A DNA stretch of 64,000 nucleotides from Eledone cirrhosa (GCA_964016885.1 OZ024741.1:144956001-145020000), one strand, 5' to 3'. Shown: positions 28,701-40,754, numbered from the stretch's first letter. Translations and numbers: made by a program. The notes: generated from the sequence alone by a model not told the origin.

Positions 28701-28940
28701 TAAGAGGGCAGCATAGTTCACCTATATATATGGAGGAGCCAGAAAATGAGAGTGAAAAGGGGCTGCATGGAGGGGGAGACACAGGAAGGTAGAATGGCAG
28801 TAAATGAATGAGTGAATGGATGGATGTACACAAAAAAGGGGGGGAGGAACAAGGGGTTGTTCCCAGCAGAAAGACCCAGAGTACAGCACGCACACATGCG
28901 AGCAACTGAGCAGTTTGTCATAGACGATATTCTCAATGGA
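25707..28940 (-). mobile_element. Near full-length CRE-clade non-LTR retrotransposon (zinc finger, RT, CCHC, restriction-like endonuclease), frameshifted
   Basis: RPIAVGNVFRRLAAK, QLGVG..GGCE, KLDMRNGFNS, GPLLF, WYLDD, LPVRYGGLGL, GAWLHALP, CRC...HPLSC, PDG...WDATCTDT, E..K..KY, PLAVETSG, QRVSLAVLQGNA; AATAAA and poly(A) on the minus strand at 25707-25765; GC-rich island. Confidence 0.9.
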
Positions 28941-29774
28941 CGCGCTTACAATATTTGAATATAACTGAACTGTCGTGTCATTTAATTTGAAAAATGGAGC
29001 AAAGTAAAAGGAGAATAGTGAATTTGGAGTGTCAATCCCTTGTGATTTTTTTTTTTTTTTCCTTCAAAAGGATGGAGGCGTTTTATCTACTCATGAAACT
29101 GACATTACTTAATGATGTTCGTCATCTATGGCTTATTCATATGTATTATTTCATAACTCTATAGCACTATTAGAATGTTTGTGCAGTGTTCTGTGTCCAG
29201 CCAGGTTTGTACAACAGGTAAGAAAAATGATGGTTCGGTGACGGTTTCTTCTGATAGGAGCCTCTTCCACGTCGGAAGATCGAAGTGTGTTTTCTTGTCT
29301 TCTTCAATACTTTCATAAACGACTTCCGAGATTTAAAACTTATGTTCAATTGGTGCTTCCATTTCCACACGGTTCTATTGTCTTATTTACAAAAATATAT
29401 ATTTCTATATATTTCTTTATTTATTTCTCTTCTTTTAGTATAATATAGCGAGTTGTCACCAGTGATGTTTGAAGTTCCTTTTGTAGCAGCATATTATTTA
29501 TTTCAGGTTGGTTTTTTGTTTGTTTCTTTCTTTTCTTTCCTTGTGTAAAATTTTGACAGGACACACAGAACCAGCAAGTTTCACGCGTGTGTCCATCCCA
29601 GAAAGATGTATGATAAAATAAAAAAATTATCTCATATAATTATGAATCTATAAGATTTTGATATTATCTATTTTGAAAACAATACTTTTTGAGAACATTA
29701 ATATAAGTGACCAGTTATGACTGGTTTTAACAGAAAGAGGTGAGAGAATTCTGGCCAGACTTGCCCAATTACAC

Positions 29775-30178
29775 CGACCTTACCCAATTACACCTCTCAA
29801 AGACAATGACACACGACCGTGACTTCTGGCGTCACGCAGTAATACAGAGTACCCGACCTCCCATGGGTACATGCTGAAGCATATAAACAATATGCCCCCA
29901 CACCCCCCACTGCAAGGTGGTCGTGGAGGTGCCACGGCAAAAAAGCACCCAGCCCACACTGTAAAGTGGACGTGTAGGCGCCACGAAAAAGCACCCAGCA
30001 CTCACTGTAAATGAGGTTGGTGTTAGGAAGGGCATCCAGCTGTAGAAATCAAGCCAGATCAGTTCCTGTATGAGCAAGGCATGGTCAGCCGACCAGACAC
30101 TGCACACAACAGGACAACCCGTCTAACCCATGCTAGCGTGGAAGAACGGACGTAAAACGGTGATGATGATGATGATGA
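29775..30178 (+). mobile_element. RTE LINE 3' end (subfamily 2)
   Basis: Near-identical reverse complement of 55196-55590; (GAT)n tail. Confidence 0.92.
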
Positions 30179-30924
30179 CTTGGCTGATTTAAATGCTAAA
30201 GGAAATATCTAAAAACAGTTTGTTAATAGTAAATTTACTAGTGGATAGATCATTGGGAACATTTGCTGTATTAGAGTGAAGGCTGTATGAATCATTTAGT
30301 AAACGAGGGGTAACACTTATTCAAAAAAATTTTTTGGCAGACTTTATATATGAGAGGGGGAGGGACCCCATAATTTTTTAAGTACTTAAGGCTACAAAAA
30401 CACATACTCCAGCCCTCATTTGACTAAAGGCCTTAAGTTTTAATGTGATATTGTCATAGTACTGTTTTGTACTTTTCAAGAATGTCTTGTTAATGTGGTT
30501 TTATGTGATACAGGAAATTAAGAGTTAGTATAAATGAAAAGTAAAAGACAAAAGGTAAAAGAAAATGTCAAATGTATAAACATGGTTGTTGTCTTTTGTT
30601 GTTGCTATCTTTGTATTATCTTTGTGACTTCAATTTAACAGCCTCTGTGATGCAGTGTATTCAGAGTCTATACTACCCCACCACTCCCACTGTTTAACCT
30701 CAATAAAATAATTAAGAACTCTGATATCCTGCAAACTCCCAACAAATAGTTTCTTTTTTTTTGTGATCTTAATGATCTTCTTCTTCTCTTTTGATATCTC
30801 AATTTATTTTTAAAACAATCCATTATAAATCAAACATAAAGCAAAGAGTTTTAGACACATAATTACTTAAAAAAACAAGCAACCAATGTCTACATAAAAA
30901 AGTCTGCAAACAGTGACAAATAAG

Positions 30925-30985
<61 letters not shown>

Positions 30986-30993
<8 letters not shown>

Positions 30994-31604
30994 TATGTAT
31001 ACGTACATACATATATGTGTACAGACGTACAGTAGTATGTATATATATATACATACATGCACACATATATATGTACGTATGGGTTTACCGAACATTTATT
31101 ATAATGTTCAGTTTGTTTGTAAACAAACAGCCCGAATTATGCCGTACAGTGCTTGGCAACCATCATTGCCCTTTTGTTCAACACTGACACAGGAACGATG
31201 TACTAGTTTCAAACTTATAAGCTATCGTCAGCATCGTATACCTTTCTGTCAGATGATTGAATGTTTGAAAGTATATACTTTCCTTATGCATATTAACGGC
31301 TGAGCAGCCTAATTTGCATATCGAGTGAGTTAGTTGGCCGGGCATACCGGAAACGATAAATGGAAAAGAATGAAACGGAATTTCATTTCTCACTCTTAGT
31401 ACGGCTGATACCTAAATATAAGTATGTATACGTACATACATATATGTGTACAGACGTACAGTAGTATGTATATATATACATACATGCACACATATATATA
31501 TATGTACGTATGGGTTTACCAAACATTTATTATAATGTTCGGTTTGTTTGTAAACAAACAGCCGTACTAAGAGTGAGAAATGAAATTTCGTTTCATTCTT
31601 TTCC

Positions 31605-31605
<1 letters not shown>
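30986..31605 (-). mobile_element. Second copy of the ~430-bp hammerhead element (partial tandem with inverted terminal piece)
   Basis: Period 429 (30991 / 31420); 31557-31604 is inverted relative to ~31360-31407; homologous to 3793-4591; flanked by (TA)n. Confidence 0.8.
31196..31236 (-). ncRNA. Minimal type I hammerhead ribozyme
   Basis: Minus strand CGATG-CTGACGA-T-AGCT(TATA)AGTT-T-GAAAC-TA-GTA^-CATCG; perfect 5-bp stem I. Confidence 0.88.
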
Positions 31606-31671
<66 letters not shown>

Positions 31672-31672
<1 letters not shown>

Positions 31673-31978
31673 ATGTTCTTCTGGTTTTATAATTTCGCAA
31701 TTGCCAATAGAGAGAGAGCTGGTTTCTAACATAGATACAAGATTCTCTCATTGGAATTTACACATCAACTAGGTAGATATGTATGTATGTCTGCATGCAC
31801 GTGTGTGCAGGTATGGATGTTATTGTATGTGTGGATGTGGATGTTTTGAGATATGTGTGTGCATGTGCATATGCTTTGTATCTGTACAAGTGTATATGCA
31901 ATTATTAGATGCAGAATTTTTGGAATGTTTTACATATTTTTACTGTTCCATTAATGGATTGTACTTGTAATTTCCTAA
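31672..31978 (-). mobile_element. 3' end of R4-like (RLE) non-LTR element
   Basis: Matches 44495-44810. Confidence 0.75.
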
Positions 31979-33807
31979 CATATATATGTATGTTATCACA
32001 TTTTAATGCCTGCTTTCCCTGCTAGCAATATACATATACATATAATGGTCAGAAACACTGTTATAGCTTATAGAAACCAACAAATAACGCACACACACAC
32101 CTCTATATTTACCTTCACAGCTCTGTAAAACACACATACACATGTATATACATGCAAACATGTATAGCTGTATATACAAAATGTTTCTTTTTCCTTTTCA
32201 GATAGATGCGCTCAATCACCACCTTTTAAAACAAGTATATCATACACAAAACGTTAGCATCAACAGTTTTCCTAGAGATGCAACATGAATGGATTCTATT
32301 TTTCTCTAAAAAAATTTGTTCCCGTTTTTGCCACTGCCCATCTCCTCAATCTTTTTATTTCTGCTTTAATTTCTCATTCTATTTTTTGATGACAGACTAG
32401 CAACCAAAACGTTAAGACTCTTTTCCTTCTATATCAAGTGTAAAACTAATAATATATTTTTTCATTGTATTGTGTCATTTGCTTTGTTATTTCTGTTTGC
32501 TTTTTGCATATATATATATGTATATAATAAGTTGATGGGACTAGCATAAGCTTCCCTGCTAGTACCGGTTGCACATACACATTTACACACTCACACATAC
32601 AATAGTATATATTGGTTGAAAAAATGTAATATTTGAGTATAGAAAATATTTGTTAAAATCAACAATAAAGTCTTTAAATATTCTTTTCCTTAAACATGAT
32701 GTCAATGAATGTATATTTATTATTCTCTTGTTGGAGAAATGATTTATCTTTCTTGAATTTCCCTCATAAGATACCTCTATCCTTGCTTGATGAGACCTTT
32801 GTAACTTCAAATTTGAACTCAGAACTGCATGTCAATAGAATGCTTAGTCAATTTTATACAATTAAGTTTTAACTTAACTAATTTAAAATCAAATAGCCTG
32901 AAATCCTCCATGGTTCTATGATCCTAAGCTGTTTATTTGAAAATGTTTATATTTATCTAAAAAGCCTCTATCCTAATTTTATGTACCAAACTTTGATAAG
33001 TTAGATACCAAACACTAACCATAATGAGAAAGTGATATTACTAAATTGCTACACATTTTTTATTACTTTCAAGTTTTGTTTTTGATTATAAACAATGTCT
33101 TTCTTTAGAAATATGTTAATGAAAGATTTAAATATAAAAACATTTTTTACATTCATATTAAGAAATATTGATTGTGAACAAAATGTTATGGATGTGATAT
33201 GAACATTTCCGTGACCATTTCAACCAGCATGTTACCACACCAACCCTAGGGAGTAGGACTTGTATAAAACCACTTGTATAAAACCACATAAATAGCAGTT
33301 ACAGCAACAATGTAAAAATCAAAATCACAACAACAACAGCAACAAAATCACAAACAACAAAAACAAAACAAAGCCAAAACAGCCACAATAAAGACAACAA
33401 GACCAAATTCTATAACAACAACAACAAAAACAAGTGCCATCTCACTACTTTGAAAACAATGTTTCAAAGAATTAATTGTTGACAAGAGAAACTAAATTTC
33501 TGTAAAAATTAATTACTGAAATTTGTAATTTTCAAATACAAATAAAAAATTAAGCAGTATAATATCACCTTATGATGTGAAATACTGATTTTAATAACTG
33601 CCACAAGGGCGATAAAGATACAATATTACAATACACTATAGAAACAAGAATAAAGTGGGCTATAGAATGGCATTGTGCATGTGTATATCATCATCATCAT
33701 CATTTTACGTCCGCTTTTTCCTGCTTGCAAGGGTGGGAGGGGAACTGATTCTGGCTTATATATTTATGTATGTGTACACATATATACATGTAAACAGACA
33801 CACACAC

Positions 33808-33848
<41 letters not shown>

Positions 33849-33852
<4 letters not shown>

Positions 33853-33975
33853 AAAATTGAACGGGAACAAAACAGAGAGGCAGTACGAACAAAGGTTTAT
33901 TAGTTTCACGCTCTTGAGAGTGGGGTGGTGGTGGGGAACGACGTTTCGGGCATAAGCCCTTCTTCAGGTGAAAAG
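33849..33975 (-). mobile_element. Penelope pLTR-like fragment with a minimal hammerhead-like core
   Basis: Minus strand CTGAAGA-A-GGGC(TTAT)GCCC-GAAACGTC (33940-33967) followed by AATAAA; stem I is weak. Confidence 0.55.
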
Positions 33976-34101
33976 TGTGTGGGAAGAGAGTTCAAAGGGT
34001 GTGTAGGGGAGTGGTGGAGAGACATATAGCAAAAAGGGGGTGAGAGGAAAAGGTGCAAATGAAATTAAAAATAAAGGCATGATCAAAATAAAATTAAAAT
34101 G

Positions 34102-34153
<52 letters not shown>

Positions 34154-34178
34154 TATATTATATTATATTACATTATTC

Positions 34179-34408
34179 TATTATTTATGTTCATAAACAG
34201 AACAAAGGCACTACCCAAGATTTCAAGGCCTAAATTTGACTATACCTCCAGAAAATAAGAGTTATCAAATTAGTGACCTTTCTTCAGCACTTGAAAGAGT
34301 TTGAAGAAAGGTCACTAATTTGATGCCTCTTGTATTTGGGAGGTATGGTCAAATTTGGCCTTAAAAGCTTGGGTAGTGTTCTTGTTCTGTGCATGAACAT
34401 AGATAATA
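34179..34408. repeat. Imperfect ~108-bp inverted repeat containing degenerate hammerhead cores
   Basis: Arms 34179-34286 / 34301-34408; minus strand CTGAAGA-AAGGTC...GGCCTT-GAAATCTTGGGTA. Confidence 0.8.
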
Positions 34409-35035
34409 TAATATTTCTGCCCTCTTCCTGATTGAGCACTGTTTTTCTTTTTCCTTTTCACACCTACCGATATTGCTACATATACATACATTCATTCATA
34501 GATATATATATAAATATATGTATATATATATATCTAAAAAGTAAATAGAAATAACAAAGCAAACAACACAGTACATTGAAGAACTATATTAGTTTAATGC
34601 CTGAAATTGCAGGGAAACAGTCTGAAGGTTTCGGAAAGTAGTTCTTCCTCAGAAGATAGAGTTAGAAACAAAAGATAAAATAGAAAGATAAAGAGTGAGA
34701 AGAAGGAACGGGAAAAAATGAGAAAAAAAAAGTGGAAAAAACGTGTGTATACAGTCAGCCATATATATATATATAGAGAGAGAGAGGGAGAGAGAAAGAG
34801 AGGTTGAAAGAGAGAGAGAGAGTGTGTGTGTCTGTGGTGCAAAGACTGGGAAGACCAGAAATCAAGGTAGTCAATGCATGATGAGATATAGAGTGGGTAT
34901 AATAATGAGGTAAACGTCTATTTGACATATATATATATGATTACACTTATAACTTTTACATATGACTCTTACCCAATCTTAATTATAGCACATGTATTTT
35001 GTATATACTTATATGTTTATTACATGTGTAAATGT

Positions 35036-35265
35036 ATCATCATCATCATCATTTAATGTCTATTTTCCACGCTAGCATGGGTTAGACGGGAATTGTCCCA
35101 TTTGAGGTAAGATTGGTCGGGTCACTGTGTCTCGCTCATATAGGACTATCTGCAGGTTTTCTATGGTTGGATGCCCTTCCTAACACCAACCACTTTTACA
35201 GTGTGGACTGGGAGGTTTTTATCGTGTTACATACACGACCACATTACAGCGGGAGACTGTGTTTT
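35036..35265 (-). mobile_element. RTE 3' UTR fragment
   Basis: (ATC)n plus GGATGCCCTTCCTAACACCAACCA core. Confidence 0.85.
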
Positions 35266-35480
35266 CTTTTTTCCCCTCCCTTTTCTTTTTTCCCTTCTCT
35301 CTTTCCTTATTTTTCTTTTCTCTTCCTTCTTTTTCTCCCTTTCCTCTTTCTCTTCCTTTTTTCCTTCTTTCCCTTCCTTTTTTAAAAAATATGTATATAT
35401 ATATATATATATACATAACGAAAGAAGTGTGGTAAGGAACCAGATGGACCATAACGCACCAGAGTACTGAATACTTAGGG

Positions 35481-35513
<33 letters not shown>

Positions 35514-35918
35514 ATGTGTAGGGTATATATATGTGTGTGTATGTGTAGGGTATATATATATGTGTGTGGGTGTGTGTGTATATATTTGTGTGGATATATA
35601 TGTATGTATATGTATATATGGGCGTACGCATATGTCTGTGTATTTATGCGTGTGTATATATATATGTGCATATGAATGTATATATATACATGTGTGTGTG
35701 TGTGTATATGCATATATATGTATCTAACAGGGTTCAATGACCTATGTGTATATTATTTTATGTTTTACGATGACCTCCCCTTCAAATTTGGGGACAGTGT
35801 GAAATTTCTTTTTGAAGAAGTGCTGGACTTTCAAACTTAGCAGTCCTTCTAGCACTGACAGAGACCATCGCTGAATATTAATATCAATGTAGATTTTTAT
35901 ATTGATATTGCTTGGGCA

Positions 35919-36040
35919 TCCACTGATGAGTTATAAGGGCCCACTTGCATGGATATCTATGGATTATAAGCAAGCTTCTACATAACTTGGAGATTATTTT
36001 CCCACCTTGTAGAAATCTTATAACGAAACGATCGTATGGA
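35919..36040 (+). ncRNA. Type I hammerhead ribozyme with an enlarged, branched stem II
   Basis: TCCA-CTGATGA-GTTATAAG...(79 nt)...CTTATAAC-GAAAC-GATC-GTA^-TGGA; perfect 8-bp stem II base; palindromic stem III ACGATCGT; predicted cleavage after 36036. Confidence 0.85.
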
Positions 36041-36217
36041 AAGAAAGAGAGATTTATTTAATTATGTCTCATATAAAATAATACAGCCAACTATCCACGA
36101 AATACAATATAGTTAGCACCCCAAACGCATAATTTAGATTATACTCAGATATATCCTAATGTTTGTTGAGTGAGATGGGAGTTGGCTGCTAAAAGCTTTC
36201 TCTGTTAATGTATTAAA

Positions 36218-36252
<35 letters not shown>

Positions 36253-36278
36253 GTGTATATATATATATATATATATTG

Positions 36279-38044
36279 ATAAGAAGGTAGCTTGGAAGTG
36301 TCACTACGAAAGGCTTCTAAATGAGGAGAACAAATGGGAGAAAGATAGTCTCCCCCAGATCGATCCAATAGAGGGACCAGCAGTGTTAGTTGAAGGTAGT
36401 ATAATAAGTAAGGCAATCAAAGATATGAAGACGGGTAAGGCGGCTGGGCCTTCGGAAATAGTTGCTGAGATGCTGAAGGCATCTGGTTCGGTGGGACACA
36501 CCATGGTCACCCGGATAGTTAACCAAGTCGTACAGAATGGGGTTGTTCCGAAGGAATGGCGTAGCAGCATCATCGTTAACTGCTATAAGGGAAAAGGAGA
36601 TGCCCTAGATAGGAGTAACTATAGAGGCATTAAATTAATCGACCACGTCATGAAGGTCACGGAAAAAGTAATAGCGCAACTAATCAGTGAGAGAATTGAT
36701 CTAGATGAAATGCAGTTCGGGTTTGTGTCAGGCAAAAGTACCACAGACGCTCTTTTCATTGTACGACAACTACAGGAGAAGTACCTAGCTAAAAGTAAAC
36801 CCCTATACTTAGCTTTTGTCGACTTGGAGAAAGCCTTCGACAGAGTCCCCCGTTCCATTATCTGGTGGTCTCTTAGAAAACTAGGTGTTGACGAATGGCT
36901 TGTGAGAGCTATACAAGCCATGTATAAAGAAACAGTCAGTAAGGTTAGAATTAACAACGAATATAGTGAAGAGTTTAGCGTAAAAGTTGGTGTCCATCAG
37001 GGCTCTGTACTTAGCCCCCTACTATTTATTATTGCCCTTCAGGCTATAACAGAGGAGTTCAAGACCGGCTGCCCATGGGAACTCCTATACGCAGATGATC
37101 TAACGCTCATAGCTGAATCAATGACCGAACTAGAGAAGAAATTCCAAACGTGGAAGCACGGCCTAGAATCAAAAGGCCTTAAAATTAACCTGGCTAAGAC
37201 TAAAGTTCTAGTTTGTAGGAAAGAAAATAAGGCGGCGGTCCCATCGGGGAAATGGCCATGCTCAGTGTGTAGGAAAGGCGTAGGTAGAAACTCCATTTTA
37301 TGTCCCAAATGCAAAGTATGGGTGCATAAAAGATGTAGTAGGATCACAGGTAAGCTAACTAAGAACATAGATTTTACATGTGGCCGGTGCTCTGGTGCAA
37401 TAAGTAGCAGCAAGTGCCCACAAAATACTAGCTCCTTCAACTGCGCAGAGGGTTCTATAGAAATAGTGGATAGCTTCCGTTATCTGGGTGACAAAATCAG
37501 CAGTGGGGGAGGGTGCTCTGAAAGTACAGTAGCTAGAGTCAGAACTGGATGGAAAAAGTTCAGAGAGCTTATACCACTATTAGCCGCTAGAGGGTTCTCC
37601 CTAAAAATGAAAGGCAGGTTATACGATGCCTGCATACGAACAGCAATGCTGCATGGCAGTGAGACCTGGGCATTGTGTGCAGAGGATATACGCAGACTAG
37701 AGAGGAACGAAGCTTGCATGCTCCGCTGGATGTGCAATAGTAATATACGTGAACGGCAAAGCATAAACGAACTAAGGAAAAAATTAGAAATAAGAGGGAT
37801 CAGATGTTGTTTACTCGAGAGAAGGCTACGTTGGTACGGTCACGTGATGCGCATGAAAGACGACAGCTGTATAACAAAGTGCAGGGCAATAAAGATAGAC
37901 GGTAGCCACGGAGTAGGCAGACCCAGAAAAACATGGGACGAGCTGATAATTTCCGACCTCACACGCTTACACCTCTCCAAGACAATGTCACTGGACCGAG
38001 ACCTTTGGCGGTACTCAGTAATAGAGAAGACCCGCCTTACCTAA
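36279..38044 (+). CDS. RTE reverse transcriptase (partial, no true start) with an embedded C4HC3 zinc finger
   Basis: NYRGIKL, QFGF, FVDLEKAFDRV, GVHQGSVLSPLLF, LLYADD, FRYLG, LHGSETW, RRLRWYGHVMR, GRPRKTW. The first 12 aa of the listed ORF come from the microsatellite. Confidence 0.9.
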
Positions 38045-38555
38045 ATACAAAGTAAAAACCTACTACAGTCAGTAGGCACCTCTATCAAAACACACCCCCG
38101 TCCCACCACCTCCACCTCCACCCCACCCACACCGCCCCTTTCAATGTAAAGTTATGTTGGCCCCACAACATCCAGGCCGAAACAAATGAGATCGTGTAGG
38201 TGTCACGACAAAAAACACACAGTCCACGCTGTAAATGTGGCCGTGTAGGCAACACGGTAAAAACCTCCCGGCCCCACACTGTAAATGTGGTTGGTGTTAG
38301 GAAGGGCATCCAGCTGTAGAAAACCCGCCAGACAGTCCACGCTGTAATGTGGCCGTGTAGGCAACACGGTAAAAACCTCCCAGCCCCACACTGTAAATGT
38401 GGTTGGTGTTAGGAAGGGCATCCAACTGTAGAAAACCCGCCAGACAGTCCTATGCGAGCAAGACAACCACTCTTGCCTCAAGTGGGAAAACCCCCGTCCA
38501 AACCCATGCAAGCGTGGAACACGGACGCTAAACCTGATGATGATGATGATGATGA
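36279..38555 (+). mobile_element. 5'-truncated RTE LINE, subfamily 1
   Basis: Open RT frame, 3' UTR with an internal ~114-bp duplication (38222-38450), (GAT)n tail; flanked by (TA)n. Confidence 0.95.
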
Positions 38556-38567
38556 TATATATATATG

Positions 38568-38596
<29 letters not shown>

Positions 38597-38598
<2 letters not shown>

Positions 38599-38866
38599 CA
38601 TCATCATCATCATTTTACGTCCGTTCTTCCACACTAGCATGGGTTAGATGGGTTATCCTGTTGTGGGCAGTGTCCGGTTGACTGAGCTTGTCTTACTTAT
38701 ACGGGAACTGATTCTGGCTTGATTTCTACAGCTGGATGCCCTTCCTAACACCAACCTCATTTACAGTGAGAGCTGGGTGCTTTTTTGCCGCGGCACCTCC
38801 ACGACCACTTTGCAGTGGAATGATAGGGACCCCAGTCCTATTGTCTCATTTCTACAGCTGAGTAAA
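38597..38866 (-). mobile_element. SINE B / RTE 3' tail fragment, tail-to-tail with the RTE
   Basis: (ATC)n, the RTE subfamily-2 3' end, then the SINE B middle segment. Confidence 0.8.
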
Positions 38867-38940
38867 TATATCTATATATTATATATATATATATATTTTT
38901 AAGCTTGTTGAATCCCAACAAATTAAATATAACCTTTGCA

Positions 38941-38976
<36 letters not shown>

Positions 38977-39321
38977 GAGAGAGAGATAGATAGATTATAC
39001 ATTAGCATGAATTATTTTGTGTGTATATTTATATTGTGTGTATGTGTGTATGTGTATGTATATATGTAATTGTGTATATATGTGTGTGTATATATGTATA
39101 TGTTTATGTGTGTATACATGTATATGTGCGTCTGTATGTGTGATGTATACGTGTACGTATGTATATGTGTATGCATGCATATATACGTATCCATAACATA
39201 AATATTTCATTTGATTAGTGTAATGGACGTTTCTTTTAAGATCGTCTAGTTTCCTGTAACCTTTGGTAATGGAATAATTATATTGTGTTGTTTATTATGT
39301 AATTAAATAAAAAAAAAATAT

Positions 39322-39666
39322 ATCATCATTTCATCATTTCATTTTACGTCCGCTTTTTCCCTGCTTGCAAGGGTGGGACGGGAACTGATTCTGGCTTGAT
39401 TTCTACAGTTGGATGCCCTTCATAACACCAACCTCATTTACAGTGAGTGCTGGGTGCTTTTTTGCCGTGGCACCCCCACGACCACTTTGCAGTGGAATTA
39501 TAGGGACCCCAGTCCCTATCATCTCATTTCTACAGCTGAGTAAACTGGAGCAATGTGAAATAAAGTTTCTTGCTCAAGGAAACAACGCATCACCCGGTCT
39601 GAGAATTAAACTCACAACCTTTTGATTGCAAGGCCAATGCTCTAACCACTAAGCCATGTGCCTCCA
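39322..39666 (-). mobile_element. Full-length SINE family B
   Basis: Minus strand starts GGAGGCACATGGCTTAGTGGTTAGAGC (A box), has a GAGTTTAATTCTC B-box-like motif and ends with the RTE-type tail. Confidence 0.9.
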
Positions 39667-39687
39667 TACATACATACATACATACAT

Positions 39688-39736
<49 letters not shown>

Positions 39737-39740
39737 CATA

Positions 39741-39796
<56 letters not shown>

Positions 39797-39922
39797 AAGT
39801 TTTATTTAAATTGTTGGGTTACAACGAGTAAATATTTATAACTGATATAAAAGCACTCAACAAGTATTTGGAGTATATTTACGATATTAAATAAATGGAA
39901 ACTATATTTATAAAACCATATT

Positions 39923-39988
39923 TATTTCATTATATATATTTCAGGGATATCACATTAAAAATATGGTATGCCTTCTTCAGACAAAATA
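39923..39988 (-). ncRNA. Type I hammerhead ribozyme (mirror copy)
   Basis: Reverse complement of 40128-40193. Confidence 0.75.
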
Positions 39989-40127
39989 CAATATAAACAG
40001 TCTTATAAATAGATAGATTTGACATACCTTTCAACTTCATCTTCCATTTAAAAAGTTGATTTTTTTAAATGGAAGATGAAGTTGAAAGGTATGTCAAATC
40101 TATCTATTTATAAGACTGTTTATATTG

Positions 40128-40193
40128 TATTTTGTCTGAAGAAGGCATACCATATTTTTAATGTGATATCCCTGAAATATATATAATGAAATA
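40128..40193 (+). ncRNA. Type I hammerhead ribozyme
   Basis: TATTTTGT-CTGAAGA-AGG..CATAT(TTTTA)ATGTG..CCT-GAAA-TATATA-TA^-ATGAAATA; 8-bp stem I (two GU pairs); palindromic stem III. Confidence 0.75.
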
Positions 40194-40375
40194 AATATAG
40201 TTTTATAAATATAGTTTCCATTTATTTAATATCGTATATATATATATATACATATATATATATGTGGGGTTCCAGAAATCTATCAGGGATTTTATTGATT
40301 ACATCAATTTTAATCTATTGGAGATGGTCCAGGTATGAAAATCTTCTTTGTATATATCATTATTTTGTTGTATGT

Positions 40376-40556
40376 GGTGGATTGGCAGTATCGGTAGAGG
40401 GCCGGACGCCATGCTTTCCAGTATAGTTACGTCCCTTTACAATCTGAGTTCAATTCCCGCCGAGGTTGACTTTGCCTTTCATCCTTACGGGGTCGATAAA
40501 ATAAAGTACCAATAATGCATTGGGTAATTGCTGGCCTTGTGCCTAAAGTAGAAACA
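40376..40556 (+). mobile_element. SINE family A
   Basis: 17-bp TSD ATTATTTTGTTGTATGT (40359-40375 / 40557-40573). Confidence 0.92.
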
Positions 40557-40754
40557 ATTATTTTGTTGTATGTATAGTTTGTGCCTTTGGTTGGTTACCT
40601 TGGTGTCACATTTTACAACTATGGTTTAACTCTTGACTTAATGTTTGTTTTTAACTTTCAATCCTTTGAGTGCTCTGTGTTTGCCTCAAAACGAATCGAA
40701 TTGTACATGCTGTACTGCAGCTAAAGTTCCATTTACAAATATTTATATGTATAT

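Larger units (their letters stand above)
39880..40236. repeat. Near-perfect 357-bp palindrome (175-bp arms) carrying two divergent hammerheads
   Basis: Arms 39880-40054 / 40062-40236; about one mismatch; 5-7-nt loop. Confidence 0.95.
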
